A stretch of 64,000 bases of DNA from Deltaproteobacteria bacterium. GTDB taxonomy: Bacteria; Myxococcota; Kuafuiibacteriia; Kuafuiibacteriales; Kuafuiibacteriaceae. Both the position numbers and the translations under genes were made by a program. Each line of letters starts with the position of its first letter. Positions within the stretch are counted from its first letter, which is position 1. Where the stretch lies: assembly GCA_040218735.1 (NCBI GenBank), contig JAVJQW010000023.1, positions 704,001-768,000 on the forward strand, in the 5' to 3' direction. Of this stretch, positions 28,357 to 38,362 are shown piece by piece. The notes under the pieces are model-generated. The model was not told the DNA's origin and did no database searches. It saw only the letters and a list, made by a program, of their open reading frames with translations.

Positions 28357-30015
28357 ATGGCGACAGACATCGAGATCAGCCAAGCCGCCCAGCCCCGCCC
28401 GATCGTCGAGGTCGCGGCAGAGCTCGGGCTGGGCGAAGACGACATCGTGCCGTTCGGCCGGCACAAGGCGAAGATTCCGCCGGGCTCCGAGGGGGCGTCG
28501 CGCGGCAAGCTCGTCCTGATCACGGCGGTGACGCCGACGCCCGCCGGCGAGGGCAAGTCGACGTGCACGATCGGCCTCGGCGACGCGCTGCGACGCCTCG
28601 GGAAGAAGGCGCTCGTGTGTATTCGGGAGCCCTCCCTCGGACCGGTCTTCGGGATGAAGGGCGGCGCGGCCGGCGGCGGCTACGCGCAGGTGATTCCGAT
28701 GGAGTCGATCAACCTGCACTTCACGGGTGACCTTCACGCGATCACGTCGGCGCACAACCTGTTGTCGGCGCTGGTGGACAACCACCTGCACCACGGCAAC
28801 GCGCTCGGGATCGACCCGCGCCGTATCACGTGGCCGCGGACGATCGACATGAACGATCGGTCGCTGCGTTCGACGGTGGTGGGTCTCGGCGGCACGGCGA
28901 ATGGACCGGTGCGCGAGGACGGCTACGTCATCACGCCGGCGAGCGAAGTCATGGCCGTGCTGTGCCTCGCGCGGGACCTCGAAGATCTCCGCGCGCGGCT
29001 CGACCGGATCATCGTGGGTTACACACGCGACCGGCAGCCGATTCGCGCGGCGGACCTGCAGGCGACGGGCGCGATGACGATGCTCCTCGCGGAGGCGATG
29101 CAGCCGAACCTCGTGCAGACGCTGGAGGGCGGCCCCGCGCTCGTGCACGGCGGCCCGTTCGCGAACATCGCGCACGGGTGCTCGTCCCTGGCGGCGACGC
29201 GGCTCGGCCTTTCACTCGCGGATGTGGTGCTCACCGAAGCGGGCTTCGGCGCGGACCTCGGGGCAGAGAAGTTCTTCGACATCAAGTGTCGCGAAGGCGG
29301 CCTCGAGCCACAGGCCGCGGTGGTGGTCGCGACGGTGCGTGCGTTGAAGATGCACGGCGACGTCGACAAGGACGCGCTCGCGACGCCGGACCTCGCGGCG
29401 GTGGAGCGCGGCCTCGGGAACCTCCGGGCGCACGTCGAGAACGTGCAGCGCTTCGGCGTGCCGGTGGTCGTCGCGGTGAACCGCTTCGCGACCGACACCG
29501 AAGACGAGCTGAAGGCGGTGCTGGAAGGCGCGCGCGGCTTGGGCGTGCGCGCCGAGGTGATGGACGCCTGGGGCCAAGGCGGCGCCGGCGGCGAAGCCGT
29601 GGGAGAGGCCTTGCTCGCGACGCTCGAAGAGGGCCGCGCCGCGTTCGAACCGCTGTACGCGGTGGACCGCCCGCTGCGCGAGAAGATCGAGACGATCGCG
29701 CAGAAGATCTACGGCGCGGACGGCGTCGACTTCGGCCCCGACGCCACGCGGGCGCTCAAGCAGATCGAACGCATCGGCCTCGGCGGCACGCCGGTGTGCA
29801 TGGCGAAGACGCAGTACTCGCTGTCGGACGACCCGACGAAGCGCGGGCGACCGAAGGACTTCCGAATCACGGTGCGCGACGCGTACGTCTCCGCGGGCGC
29901 GGGGTTCACGGTGGCGCTGACGAGCAACGTGATGACGATGCCGGGGCTGCCGAGGGAGCCGGCGGCGGCGAAGATGGGCGTCAGCGCCGCAGGAAAGATC
30001 GAAGGCCTGTTCTAA
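28357..30015 (+). CDS. fhs: Formate--tetrahydrofolate ligase
   Basis: MATDIEI, TPTPAGEGKST, GGAAGGGYAQV, HGGPFANIAHG, TEAGFGADLGAEKF and MPGLP. Confidence 0.97.
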   Translation: MATDIEISQAAQPRPIVEVAAELGLGEDDIVPFGRHKAKIPPGSEGASRGKLVLITAVTPTPAGEGKSTCTIGLGDALRRLGKKALVCIREPSLGPVFGMKGGAAGGGYAQVIPMESINLHFTGDLHAITSAHNLLSALVDNHLHHGNALGIDPRRITWPRTIDMNDRSLRSTVVGLGGTANGPVREDGYVITPASEVMAVLCLARDLEDLRARLDRIIVGYTRDRQPIRAADLQATGAMTMLLAEAMQPNLVQTLEGGPALVHGGPFANIAHGCSSLAATRLGLSLADVVLTEAGFGADLGAEKFFDIKCREGGLEPQAAVVVATVRALKMHGDVDKDALATPDLAAVERGLGNLRAHVENVQRFGVPVVVAVNRFATDTEDELKAVLEGARGLGVRAEVMDAWGQGGAGGEAVGEALLATLEEGRAAFEPLYAVDRPLREKIETIAQKIYGADGVDFGPDATRALKQIERIGLGGTPVCMAKTQYSLSDDPTKRGRPKDFRITVRDAYVSAGAGFTVALTSNVMTMPGLPREPAAAKMGVSAAGKIEGLF

Positions 30016-30050
30016 CCAACTTCCTCCGCCGACCTGAGACCCGGCGCTGA

Positions 30051-30135
30051 CCCCCAGCCCCAGCCCCAGCCCCAGCCCTCGCCCTCGAAAGCGATGACCG
30101 AAGGGCCAGGGCTGGGGAGAGGGCTCGGGCTAGGG
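30051..30135. repeat. Hexamer-based imperfect inverted repeat between convergent genes, possible terminator
   Basis: (CCCCAG)n/CCCTCG arm at 30051..30087 and a complementary G-run arm GGGCCAGGGCTGGGGAGAGGGCTCGGGCTAGGG at 30103..30135, followed by TTTT. Confidence 0.6.
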
Positions 30136-31728
30136 TTTTGTGGCTCGTTGGTTTGCGAACGCAGTGCTCGGATCGAACACCTCCCCCTCCAACAACCCCT
30201 CCGCGAACCTCAAGATCCGCTCCCTCAGCTCGGGCGCCAAGTTCGGGTACCAAGCCGGGCACACCAACACCAACGCCCGCCACGCGAAGTACGGCGCGAC
30301 GAGCTCCAGAACGTCGTCGTCGCCCGTGCGCTCCAGGTACACGCGCCAGAACAGATCCCACACCTGGCGCAGCGCACCGTCGAACGCGCCGTTCGTCGAC
30401 AGCGCGAAGAACGCGTAGTTGATCGACAGCGCGGTGACGTCGTCCGCCGGATCTCCCGCGCCGCCGCGGCTCGCATCGAGCACCGTGAAGTCGGCGCCGT
30501 CCGCGAACAGGATGTTGAACGGGTGGAAGTCGCCGTGCGTGCGGCGCGAGCGATCGTCGCGGTCGCGGAGGCGCCACAGCCAGTCGACCGCCGCGTGTTC
30601 CATCGAGCGGAGGCGGCGGGGCGTCGCGATCGGGTCGGCGGGATCGAACGCGTCGACGAGGCCGAAGATGCCTTCGCCGTGCCCCACGAGGTCGCGCGTC
30701 GCGCGGCGACGCTCCGAAGCGGGCCTGCGCTCGGCGTGCATCTCGGCGAGGTAGTACGCGAGCGCCGAGGCGCGCGTCGCGTCGAGCACCGTGGGCTCGG
30801 CGAGCTTCGCGAGGCGCGTGAGGTCGTGCGCGTAGAGCTCGCCGTCCACGTAGGTGGTGAGGAGGAACGGCTCGCCGTCGGCGATCGACTGCATCCGACC
30901 GCGGCGATCCACGAACCCGAAGTCGAGCGGCGCGACGTGGCGCCGGTAGTTGCCGAAGTCGTCGAACGCGAGCGCGAGCCCGTCGAACCGATCCGCGCGC
31001 CGCTCGTGCCCGAACGCATCGACCCCCATCGTCCGCAACGTCACGTCGCGCTGCGCGCCGCCCTGCTCGAACGTCACCCGCAGCGGGTGCCCGTAGCCGT
31101 GCGCCTTGAGGCTCTCCTGCACCTCTTCGCCGAGCGGCGTGAGGCCCTTCAGCACCGCCCCCGCGTAGCCGTGTTCGTTCAGGTACCGCTGCACGTGCGC
31201 GGGCCGAATTCCGGTGCCGCCCTCCCCGCGCAGCCGCGTGACGATCGCGTCGGCCACGGCGTCGACGCCCTCGGCGTTTGTGTCGAACTCGAGGTCGGGG
31301 TGCTCCGGCGGCTCGTAGTCCGCGCCGCGCCCCGGCAACGTGTCGATCGTCCCCGCGCGCGCCGCCGCGTACAGGCCCTTCGGATCCCGCGCCTCGAGCA
31401 CGGCGTCGGGGGCGTACAGATAGACCTCGACGAACCGCTCAGCCTCCGCGCGCGCGGCGTCCCGGTAACGGCGTCGCGACGCCGTGGCGGCGACGACCAC
31501 CGTGGCGCCGGACTCCGCGTGCATCGCGGCGAGCCCGGCGAGCTGCGCGTAGAAGCGGTCGCGCTCGGCGGCGTCGTAGGTGGGCTCGGGGGTGAGCACC
31601 GCCCGGAGGGCGTCGCTATCCAGCAGCAGCGCCCCCGGGCCCAGCCGCGCGACGACGGCCTCCGCCACCGTGGTCTTGCCGCAGGCCGGGGGGCCCGTCA
31701 GCCAAACGACCTCGCCTCCGCCTTTCAT
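30130..31728 (-). CDS. Fusion of an adenylylsulfate-kinase-like P-loop domain and an APH-type phosphotransferase
   Basis: VWLTGPPACGKTT, LDSD, RDPKGLY and YEPP in the N-half; HGDFHPFNILF and VLDASR in the C-half. Confidence 0.8.
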   Translation of the reverse strand: MKGGGEVVWLTGPPACGKTTVAEAVVARLGPGALLLDSDALRAVLTPEPTYDAAERDRFYAQLAGLAAMHAESGATVVVAATASRRRYRDAARAEAERFVEVYLYAPDAVLEARDPKGLYAAARAGTIDTLPGRGADYEPPEHPDLEFDTNAEGVDAVADAIVTRLRGEGGTGIRPAHVQRYLNEHGYAGAVLKGLTPLGEEVQESLKAHGYGHPLRVTFEQGGAQRDVTLRTMGVDAFGHERRADRFDGLALAFDDFGNYRRHVAPLDFGFVDRRGRMQSIADGEPFLLTTYVDGELYAHDLTRLAKLAEPTVLDATRASALAYYLAEMHAERRPASERRRATRDLVGHGEGIFGLVDAFDPADPIATPRRLRSMEHAAVDWLWRLRDRDDRSRRTHGDFHPFNILFADGADFTVLDASRGGAGDPADDVTALSINYAFFALSTNGAFDGALRQVWDLFWRVYLERTGDDDVLELVAPYFAWRALVLVCPAWYPNLAPELRERILRFAEGLLEGEVFDPSTAFANQRATKP

Positions 31729-31868
31729 CCCGGGCAGTTGGGCTGCATCGGTTGTGCCGCGCCGGGCGGCTGTGGGTTCGCGGCGGGGGGTTTCGAATCG
31801 GAAACGTCGGATCTTCGGCGGACCCGCGTCAGATCCAGAGCCGACACCACGAATGCCTGAGCACGGTC

Positions 31869-32189
31869 ATGCGGACGGAAGGGATCGGATACGTCTTCCT
31901 GGGACGGCGGATTCATCTGGAGAGCGGTGCGTGCCGCTCACTCGACCCCTGCGAGGTTTCGCGGATGGGCGCCGTGTGGATCGACGACGACCGCATCCCC
32001 TTCGAACGCAAGTGGGACGGTCTCAGGACCGACGCGTTCATCCCGGTCGTCTTCCACTCCCCGTTCGAGCTCGCCGAAGCCCTCGTGCACCGCGCCGCCG
32101 AGGCGGCGAAGGTCATCCGCTTTCCGACGCTTCCCCCGCCGCCAATGCCTTCTGCCGGCCGAAGTCGGTATCGCGCGCGTAGCGCATGA
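31869..32189 (+). CDS. Small hypothetical protein
   Basis: Protein-like composition (MRTEGIGYVFLGRRIHLESG...) filling the gap; its 3' end overlaps the convergent gene. Confidence 0.5.
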   Translation: MRTEGIGYVFLGRRIHLESGACRSLDPCEVSRMGAVWIDDDRIPFERKWDGLRTDAFIPVVFHSPFELAEALVHRAAEAAKVIRFPTLPPPPMPSAGRSRYRARSA

Positions 32190-33240
32190 TGCGGTCGAAG
32201 TACTCCGAGACCTGCGGGGGCCGCAGCGCGATCGCGGCGTCGGTGTTCGCGGTCGAGAACGTCGGGTTGCTGCGTAGGTAAGGGAGGAACACGCCGCCGC
32301 GGCGCGCGACGTCCGGGCGGACGAGCATCAGCAGCGGCTTCAGCACCGGCCGGAGCCAGCGCATGTACAAGTCCGGATCGATGTAACGCACCGGCTTGCG
32401 GTCGAACACCGTCCGCGCGATCGCGACGAGCTCCTCGATCGTCGACTGCCGCTCGGGTCCCGCCGCGAGGTGGAACGTCTTCCCGACCGCGTCGTCCAGA
32501 TCGAACAGCGCGAGCATCGCGTCCGCGACGTAGTCGACCGGCACCACGTCCACGAAACACGAGGGCCGCCCGAACAGCGTTCGGAAGCGACCGCGCGCGT
32601 ACACCTTCATCGGCCAGTACAGCACCTTGAAGCTCGACGCGCGCCCGGTGCGCGAGTCGCCGACGATGATCGACGGGCGGTGCACCGTGACCGGGAGCCC
32701 GTCGGCCTTCGCGGCCCCGACCTCCACCTCCGCGAGGAGCTTCGTGCGTTCGTAGCTGTTGCGCGGCGTCTGGCCGACGTCGAGGTCCCCTTCGAGCGCG
32801 ACATCTTCCCGATCCCCCGCGACGTACGCGGTGGAGACGTGGTCGAAGCGGACGAGCTTCCCCGCGTCTGCAAGTTGCCTTGCGACGCCGAGCGCCTGCT
32901 TCGTCCCGCCGACGTTCTGTTCCAGCATGTGCGCGTACGGAAGATCGAACCGAACCTCCGCCGCCCCGTGGACGACCTGCACCGGCCCCGCGTCGAGCCA
33001 GGCGCGCGCGTCGGCGTCGAGGCCGAGCCCGTCCTGGGTGACGTCGCCGAGCGCGACGGTCATGGTGTCGGTCGAGACGTTGGGCGCCGTGTGGCGGACA
33101 ACCTCGGCGAGCCGCTGGGCGGCGTCGGTGTCAGCGCGGGGTCGAGTGGTGACGAGGACGTCGGCGCGTCGTTCGAGGAGTCGGACGAGCACCTCGCGAC
33201 CGAGGAAGCCCGTGGCGCCGGTGAGGAGGTAACGCGTCAA
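32113..33240 (-). CDS. Extended SDR / thioester-reductase (fatty acyl-CoA reductase-like) protein
   Basis: LLTGATGFLG, HGAA, HVSTAYV, YERTK, RPSII and DVVPVDYV. Confidence 0.88.
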   Translation of the reverse strand: MTRYLLTGATGFLGREVLVRLLERRADVLVTTRPRADTDAAQRLAEVVRHTAPNVSTDTMTVALGDVTQDGLGLDADARAWLDAGPVQVVHGAAEVRFDLPYAHMLEQNVGGTKQALGVARQLADAGKLVRFDHVSTAYVAGDREDVALEGDLDVGQTPRNSYERTKLLAEVEVGAAKADGLPVTVHRPSIIVGDSRTGRASSFKVLYWPMKVYARGRFRTLFGRPSCFVDVVPVDYVADAMLALFDLDDAVGKTFHLAAGPERQSTIEELVAIARTVFDRKPVRYIDPDLYMRWLRPVLKPLLMLVRPDVARRGGVFLPYLRSNPTFSTANTDAAIALRPPQVSEYFDRIMRYARDTDFGRQKALAAGEASESG

Positions 33241-33680
33241 TGCGCGTTGAAGAATCGCACGGCGTTGGCGTCGGCGGCGCGGATGGCCGACACGGCCTCG
33301 GAGGACACGATGATGTGGGAGTCCGGGGCGCCGTTTTCGACGATCGCGAGGCGACCGGAGGCCAGGCCGCCGGAAATCTGCTGGCTCACGAAGAGCTTAC
33401 GGACGCGGCCGTCGCGGAGCGGGAAGTAGAACTCGACGTCGCCGCGGGTGTTGCCGCGGACGCGGTGGATCTCGACCGCCTGGAGAATCTCGAGCCGAGC
33501 CGGGTCGGAGGTGTCGACCATTCGGTTCAGGGGCTGCGCCGCGATTTCCTTCTTCGTCGGCTTCGCCTGGACAGGCCGCTTCTTCTTCTTGGGACGCGAG
33601 CGGCGCTGAGATTCGACCTTGGTCACTTGCTCCTCGGACACCAAACCGGCCTTCAGGAGCTGATCACGGAGATTCTGCAT
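33237..33680 (-). CDS. DUF2058-family protein
   Basis: N-terminal LRDQLLKAGLVS and C-terminal F..G.V.K..V...LASGRLAIV. Confidence 0.75.
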   Translation of the reverse strand: MQNLRDQLLKAGLVSEEQVTKVESQRRSRPKKKKRPVQAKPTKKEIAAQPLNRMVDTSDPARLEILQAVEIHRVRGNTRGDVEFYFPLRDGRVRKLFVSQQISGGLASGRLAIVENGAPDSHIIVSSEAVSAIRAADANAVRFFNAH

Positions 33681-33798
33681 TCGTTGGGTCGGACATGTGC
33701 AGCATCGTTCCTACAAATGCAACCAACTTTAACGCAGCGTTTCAGGGCGGGACCGTGGCGTCTGGACACGTCGCGCGCCCGGACTTGAGGATCCCCCC

Positions 33799-35166
33799 AT
33801 GCGCGAGCTCGTCTGGATGACGGCCTTCGCCTTGGTGGCATGCGCCGAGGCGCGCCCGATCGATCGGCCGGACGACGAACCGCCGCCCGCCCTCGAACCG
33901 CTCGTCCGCATCGCCGAAGATCGCCCGCTGCGCCCCTGGCTCTTCCTCGACGACGAGCACCTGCTCGTGGCGGAGCGCCAGACGCTCCACTATGACGACG
34001 TCTTCGTCATCGATCTGCCGACGCGGACACTCACCCCCCAGGTTCCCCCCAACGGCAGCCCGTGGCGGTCGCTCACGCTCGGGGGCTACGGAGCGGGCGC
34101 CGTCGAACACCCGCTCTACGTTCGCACCCGCGCCCCCGACGGCGGCGCCGCCGACTTCTTGTGGCGCGCGGACGACGGATCGTTCGCGCCCGTGTACGAG
34201 AGCGCGTGCCCGACCGACACGCCGCGCGTCTTCTACGACGACGCCGATCGTTGGCTCGTCTCCGAGGTCCGCGAGGATCGCTGCGAAGGATCGCGCACCC
34301 TCATCGTCACGGACCTCGATACAGGCGCGACGGAACGCATCACCGACGGGAGCGCCGACGCCCGAGGCGGACAGTTCGTCCTCGGGAGCTTCTTCTTTCT
34401 GAACGGCGCCGCGCTCGAACGCTACGACCTGACTTCGAAGACGACCGAGGTCGTCGTCGACGCAATCCCCGCCGCGGACACCGCCGGGTTCGACGACACC
34501 GCACCGGGTGACTTCGCCGTCTCCCGCCTCGGTCACGTCGCGTTCCTCGTGGGCTCGACGCTGACCGTCCGAGACCCGACCTCCGGCCTCGACGTGGTCG
34601 TGAGCGAGGACGCCCACGCCGTCATCACGTGGTCCGGCGACGGGCGCGCGTTGACGTACCTGGCCGAGATCTCCCGAGGTGAATACCGGCTCCAGGTGTT
34701 CGATCGATTCGAACGAACGCGTCGCGCCCTCGCCCCGAACACGTACGCCGTCACCTTCCCCACGAACGCCGAACGTACGCGGTTCTCGTTCACCGGCGAT
34801 CGCGGCACCTACCTCGCGACGTTCGACGACGACCCCGTGCGCATCAGCGACTGCGAAGCCCGCTCGGCCGCGATGCTCGCGGACGGTGTCATCGTGTGGT
34901 GCCGCGACACGGCCGTCGTCACGGACGGAGCCGGCGCACCGCGTTTGGCGATGGCCACGAGCGACGCTCCTGCCGTCGTCTCACCGAACGAACGGTGGGC
35001 CATCGTTCGGCAGGACACCGTCGGCCTTCACGTCCTCGATCTTCACGACCTCACGACGGAGGTCATCGTCGTGCCCGGCGAGCTCCGCAGCGTGGTCGCG
35101 ACGACCGACCGGAGGTTCGCGGTGACGACGGGTCAGACGATCGAGGTTCACGTCTGGCCGGAGTAG
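33799..35166 (+). CDS. Hypothetical beta-rich (propeller-like) lipoprotein
   Basis: Lipobox FALVAC, WSGDG and VSPNERW blade-like motifs. Confidence 0.7.
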   Translation: MRELVWMTAFALVACAEARPIDRPDDEPPPALEPLVRIAEDRPLRPWLFLDDEHLLVAERQTLHYDDVFVIDLPTRTLTPQVPPNGSPWRSLTLGGYGAGAVEHPLYVRTRAPDGGAADFLWRADDGSFAPVYESACPTDTPRVFYDDADRWLVSEVREDRCEGSRTLIVTDLDTGATERITDGSADARGGQFVLGSFFFLNGAALERYDLTSKTTEVVVDAIPAADTAGFDDTAPGDFAVSRLGHVAFLVGSTLTVRDPTSGLDVVVSEDAHAVITWSGDGRALTYLAEISRGEYRLQVFDRFERTRRALAPNTYAVTFPTNAERTRFSFTGDRGTYLATFDDDPVRISDCEARSAAMLADGVIVWCRDTAVVTDGAGAPRLAMATSDAPAVVSPNERWAIVRQDTVGLHVLDLHDLTTEVIVVPGELRSVVATTDRRFAVTTGQTIEVHVWPE

Positions 35167-35167
35167 G

Positions 35168-36223
35168 TCAGCGCTTTACGGCTTCGAGGACGTCGACGAT
35201 CTCTCGCACGCGCGGGTACCGACGCCTCGCGTCCGGCTCGAGCGCGCGCATCAACACCGGATCCACGCGACGGTCGAGCGCCTTGTTCTTCTTCGACGGC
35301 TCCGCGAAGCGGCCGAGCGGCAGCTCACCCGTGAACATCTCGTAGAGGAGCACGCCGTAGGAGTAGACGTCGGCGCGCTGGTCGACGCGGCCCGCGTCCT
35401 GGCGCTGCTCGGGCGCCATGTAGTTCACGGTGCCCATCGAGATCCGCGAGCCGGTGAGGTTCACGTAGGAGCGGTCGCTGTAGAGGATGTCCGCGAGGCC
35501 GAAGTCGCAGATCTTCGCGATGTGGCCCTCGGGGCCGCCGTCGGCGAGGAGCACGTTCTCCGGTTTGAGGTCGCGGTGCACGACGCCCTTGCCGTGCGCG
35601 TAGTCGAGGCCGCGGCCGATCTGCACCGCGAGGTCGAGCGCCTGCGACAGTCGCAAGCTACGTTGCGAGAGCATCCGCCGGAGCGTCGGGCCGTCGACGT
35701 ACTCCATCACGAAGTACCAATTGTTCTCGACGTTGCCCTGGTCGATGATCGAGACGACGTTGTGGTGCGCGAGCGCCGCCAGCGCCGCCGCCTCGCGCTT
35801 GAACCGCAGGATGAACTCCGGCTGGCTCACGAGGTCCGAGCTCATGAGCTTCAGCGCCACGGGGCGGTCGAGGGATATCTGCTTGGCGCGGTAGACGGTG
35901 CCCATCGCGCCGCGACCGAGCACCGTGCCGACCTCGTACCCCGCGAGCATCGTCCCGAGCGCGATGTCGTTCTGCGCGGTGCGGTGCTGCTTGGTCGCCG
36001 GGCGCGGCGGCCGCTGCGACTCGTTGCCCCCGGGCGCTCCGCCCACGGGCTTGATCTTGCCGCGCTCGAGATCTTGTCCGTACTGCGTGTCGTTGCGGAC
36101 GACCGCGAACTTGATCCCGCAGCGCCGGCAGCGAACCTTTTGACCGGAGACGTAGATCCCCACGTCGTACTTCGCGCTGCAGTTCGGACAACGCTGAACG
36201 ACTTGCTTCCGCGCCAAGACCAT
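35168..36223 (-). CDS. Cytoplasmic Ser/Thr kinase with an N-terminal zinc ribbon
   Basis: CPNC...CRRC, LGRGAMGTVY, VALK, HRDLKPEN, DFG and YMAPE. Confidence 0.92.
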   Translation of the reverse strand: MVLARKQVVQRCPNCSAKYDVGIYVSGQKVRCRRCGIKFAVVRNDTQYGQDLERGKIKPVGGAPGGNESQRPPRPATKQHRTAQNDIALGTMLAGYEVGTVLGRGAMGTVYRAKQISLDRPVALKLMSSDLVSQPEFILRFKREAAALAALAHHNVVSIIDQGNVENNWYFVMEYVDGPTLRRMLSQRSLRLSQALDLAVQIGRGLDYAHGKGVVHRDLKPENVLLADGGPEGHIAKICDFGLADILYSDRSYVNLTGSRISMGTVNYMAPEQRQDAGRVDQRADVYSYGVLLYEMFTGELPLGRFAEPSKKNKALDRRVDPVLMRALEPDARRRYPRVREIVDVLEAVKR

Positions 36224-38200
36224 CTAGCTCCCTGTGGCGCTGTCCGCGCCTTCCTGCAACCGCACGGCCTCGTACACGTTGACCTCTTGCTCCTTGCCCT
36301 TCACTTGGCGGGTCCCCAGATAGCGCGCCTCGATCCGATCCGCAATGAGGGCCTGGGTCCGGTCGGAGATGATCACCTGGTCGCCCTCGGCGAGGCCGCA
36401 CAGGCGCGACGCGGTGTTCACCGTATCGCCGATCACCGTGTACTCGAGCCGTCGCTTCGACCCCATGTACCCCGCGACCAGCTGCCCGGTGTTGACGCCG
36501 ACGCCCATGCGAATCGGGTCCGCGTTGCGCAGGGCGCGCTCGTCGTTGAGGTCGCGAATCGCGTCGCGGAACTCGATGGCCGCGGCGACGCAGTTGTACG
36601 TCGACTCCTCGACGTCGTCGCCCTCGAGCGTGCCCCAGGTCGCCATCAACGCGTCGCCGATGAACTTGTCGAGCACGCCGTGCCGCGTGAACACGATCTC
36701 CACGAGCCGCTCGAAGTACTCGTTCAGCAGATCGACGACCTCCTGCGGCCCCCCCGCCGTCTCCGACAGCGAAGTGAACCCGCGGATGTCACAGAAGACG
36801 ACCGACGCTTCCGTCTCACGCCCGCCCTTCTGAATGGGCTGGCCCTTCCCCTGGACCATCTCCTCCACCACGTGCGGCGGCAGGAAGCGGTTCAGCTGAC
36901 CGCGCGTCTTCGCCTCTTCCTCGATCTGCCGAACGAGGCGCGCGTTCTCGATCGCGATCGCGGTCTGCGTCGCGATCGCCTTGAGCACCTGCAGGTCCTT
37001 CTCGGTGAACGCGCCGACGCGCTCGCGCGAGTCGAGGTGCATCAACCCGAGCACCTTGTCGTGCGCCACCAACGGCACACACATCGCGGCGCGAATGCCC
37101 TGCGCGATGATCGACTGCGAGCCCGAGAACCGCGGGTCGAGGAACGCGTCCGACGACAACACCGACGCACGCTCCTGCAGCGCGCCGTTCACGATCGTCG
37201 AGGACAGCAGAATCTCCTGCTTGTCGTCGCCGCCGTCCTTCTGCCGGACGGTGTGCGGCACGAGCGTGTTGGTGTCCGCGTCGACCAACATGATGACCGC
37301 GTTGTCCGCGGGGAACATCGAGAACACGACGTCCAGCGTGCTCTGCAACAGCTTCGACAGGTCCGTGGTCAGGCCGATGCGCGCCAGCTCGTGCGACAGG
37401 CGGAGCTTTTCGTAGTCGCGCTTGAGGACCTCGACGTCGTGCACCTCGGTGACGGGCTTGAAGTCCTCTTCCTCCTCCTCCTGGAGCTTCGCGTGGATGT
37501 GCGTGGAGCCCGCCGGGTCCTGCGGGAGGATCGTGACGAGGTCGCGCACGCTCGTGCGCGGGTCGTCCGGCACCTGCATTACAAACTGCAGACGCATCGA
37601 GCCGAGGAGCAGCTCGTCGCCGTCCTTCATGTGCGCTTCGGTGATGCGGCGCGTGTTGAGGTACGTGCCGTTCGACGAGTTCAGGTCGCGGACCCACCAC
37701 TCGCTCCCGCGCAGCTCGATGATCGCGTGCTCCTTCGAGATCTCGCGGTCGTTGAGGCGGATGTTGTTCTTCGGGTGACGCCCGACGCTGTTGACCTCGT
37801 CCAACACGAAGTCGGTCTCGAGGCCGTCCGGGCTGACGTAGAGGATCTTCGCGAGCGGCGTGTCGTCGTCGTTCGTCTTGTCGCGTGCCTTGGGCACGAT
37901 GACCGCCGCGGCGACCGGCCCCGACCGACGACGGCGGCGCCCCGCCCTGAACGGCGCGGTCGCCTCGCGCTCCCCGTCGGGCGTCCGCGGGACCCCGCCC
38001 GGCGGCGTGCCCGGGTTGGACGCGTGACGCTGCGGCGTCTGCTGCCGCGGCACCTGGGGCGGCGGCGTCGTGCTCCCGCCCCCCGCCTGAATCGCCGCAG
38101 CGCCGAATGGTTTACGGCAGTGCTGGCAATAGACGATCGCGGTCGTCGGCGGACGCTGAAATTCGTTCAGAGCACCGCAGTGCGGACACCAAGCGCGCAT
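36224..38200 (-). CDS. Zinc ribbon-FHA-GAF-class III adenylate cyclase
   Basis: CPHC...CQHC, FHA GR..SKEHA..SSNGT, GAF AMCVPL, cyclase FCDIRGFT, KFIGD and GDTVNTASRL. Confidence 0.9.
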   Translation of the reverse strand: MRAWCPHCGALNEFQRPPTTAIVYCQHCRKPFGAAAIQAGGGSTTPPPQVPRQQTPQRHASNPGTPPGGVPRTPDGEREATAPFRAGRRRRRSGPVAAAVIVPKARDKTNDDDTPLAKILYVSPDGLETDFVLDEVNSVGRHPKNNIRLNDREISKEHAIIELRGSEWWVRDLNSSNGTYLNTRRITEAHMKDGDELLLGSMRLQFVMQVPDDPRTSVRDLVTILPQDPAGSTHIHAKLQEEEEEDFKPVTEVHDVEVLKRDYEKLRLSHELARIGLTTDLSKLLQSTLDVVFSMFPADNAVIMLVDADTNTLVPHTVRQKDGGDDKQEILLSSTIVNGALQERASVLSSDAFLDPRFSGSQSIIAQGIRAAMCVPLVAHDKVLGLMHLDSRERVGAFTEKDLQVLKAIATQTAIAIENARLVRQIEEEAKTRGQLNRFLPPHVVEEMVQGKGQPIQKGGRETEASVVFCDIRGFTSLSETAGGPQEVVDLLNEYFERLVEIVFTRHGVLDKFIGDALMATWGTLEGDDVEESTYNCVAAAIEFRDAIRDLNDERALRNADPIRMGVGVNTGQLVAGYMGSKRRLEYTVIGDTVNTASRLCGLAEGDQVIISDRTQALIADRIEARYLGTRQVKGKEQEVNVYEAVRLQEGADSATGS

Positions 38201-38362
38201 CTTCCGTCAGCGGCTCCCCACTCGCCCGGACATCGATTCGTGGATCAGGAGGTGCGGTGAGTCCACGCGGGACGCTAGCACGGCTCCTTCCGGTTTGCAC
38301 GGTAGGGGTGGTGCTCGACCTCAGGGTCGGACAAGCTCGCCGAGCCCGAGGCCGAAGAAACC

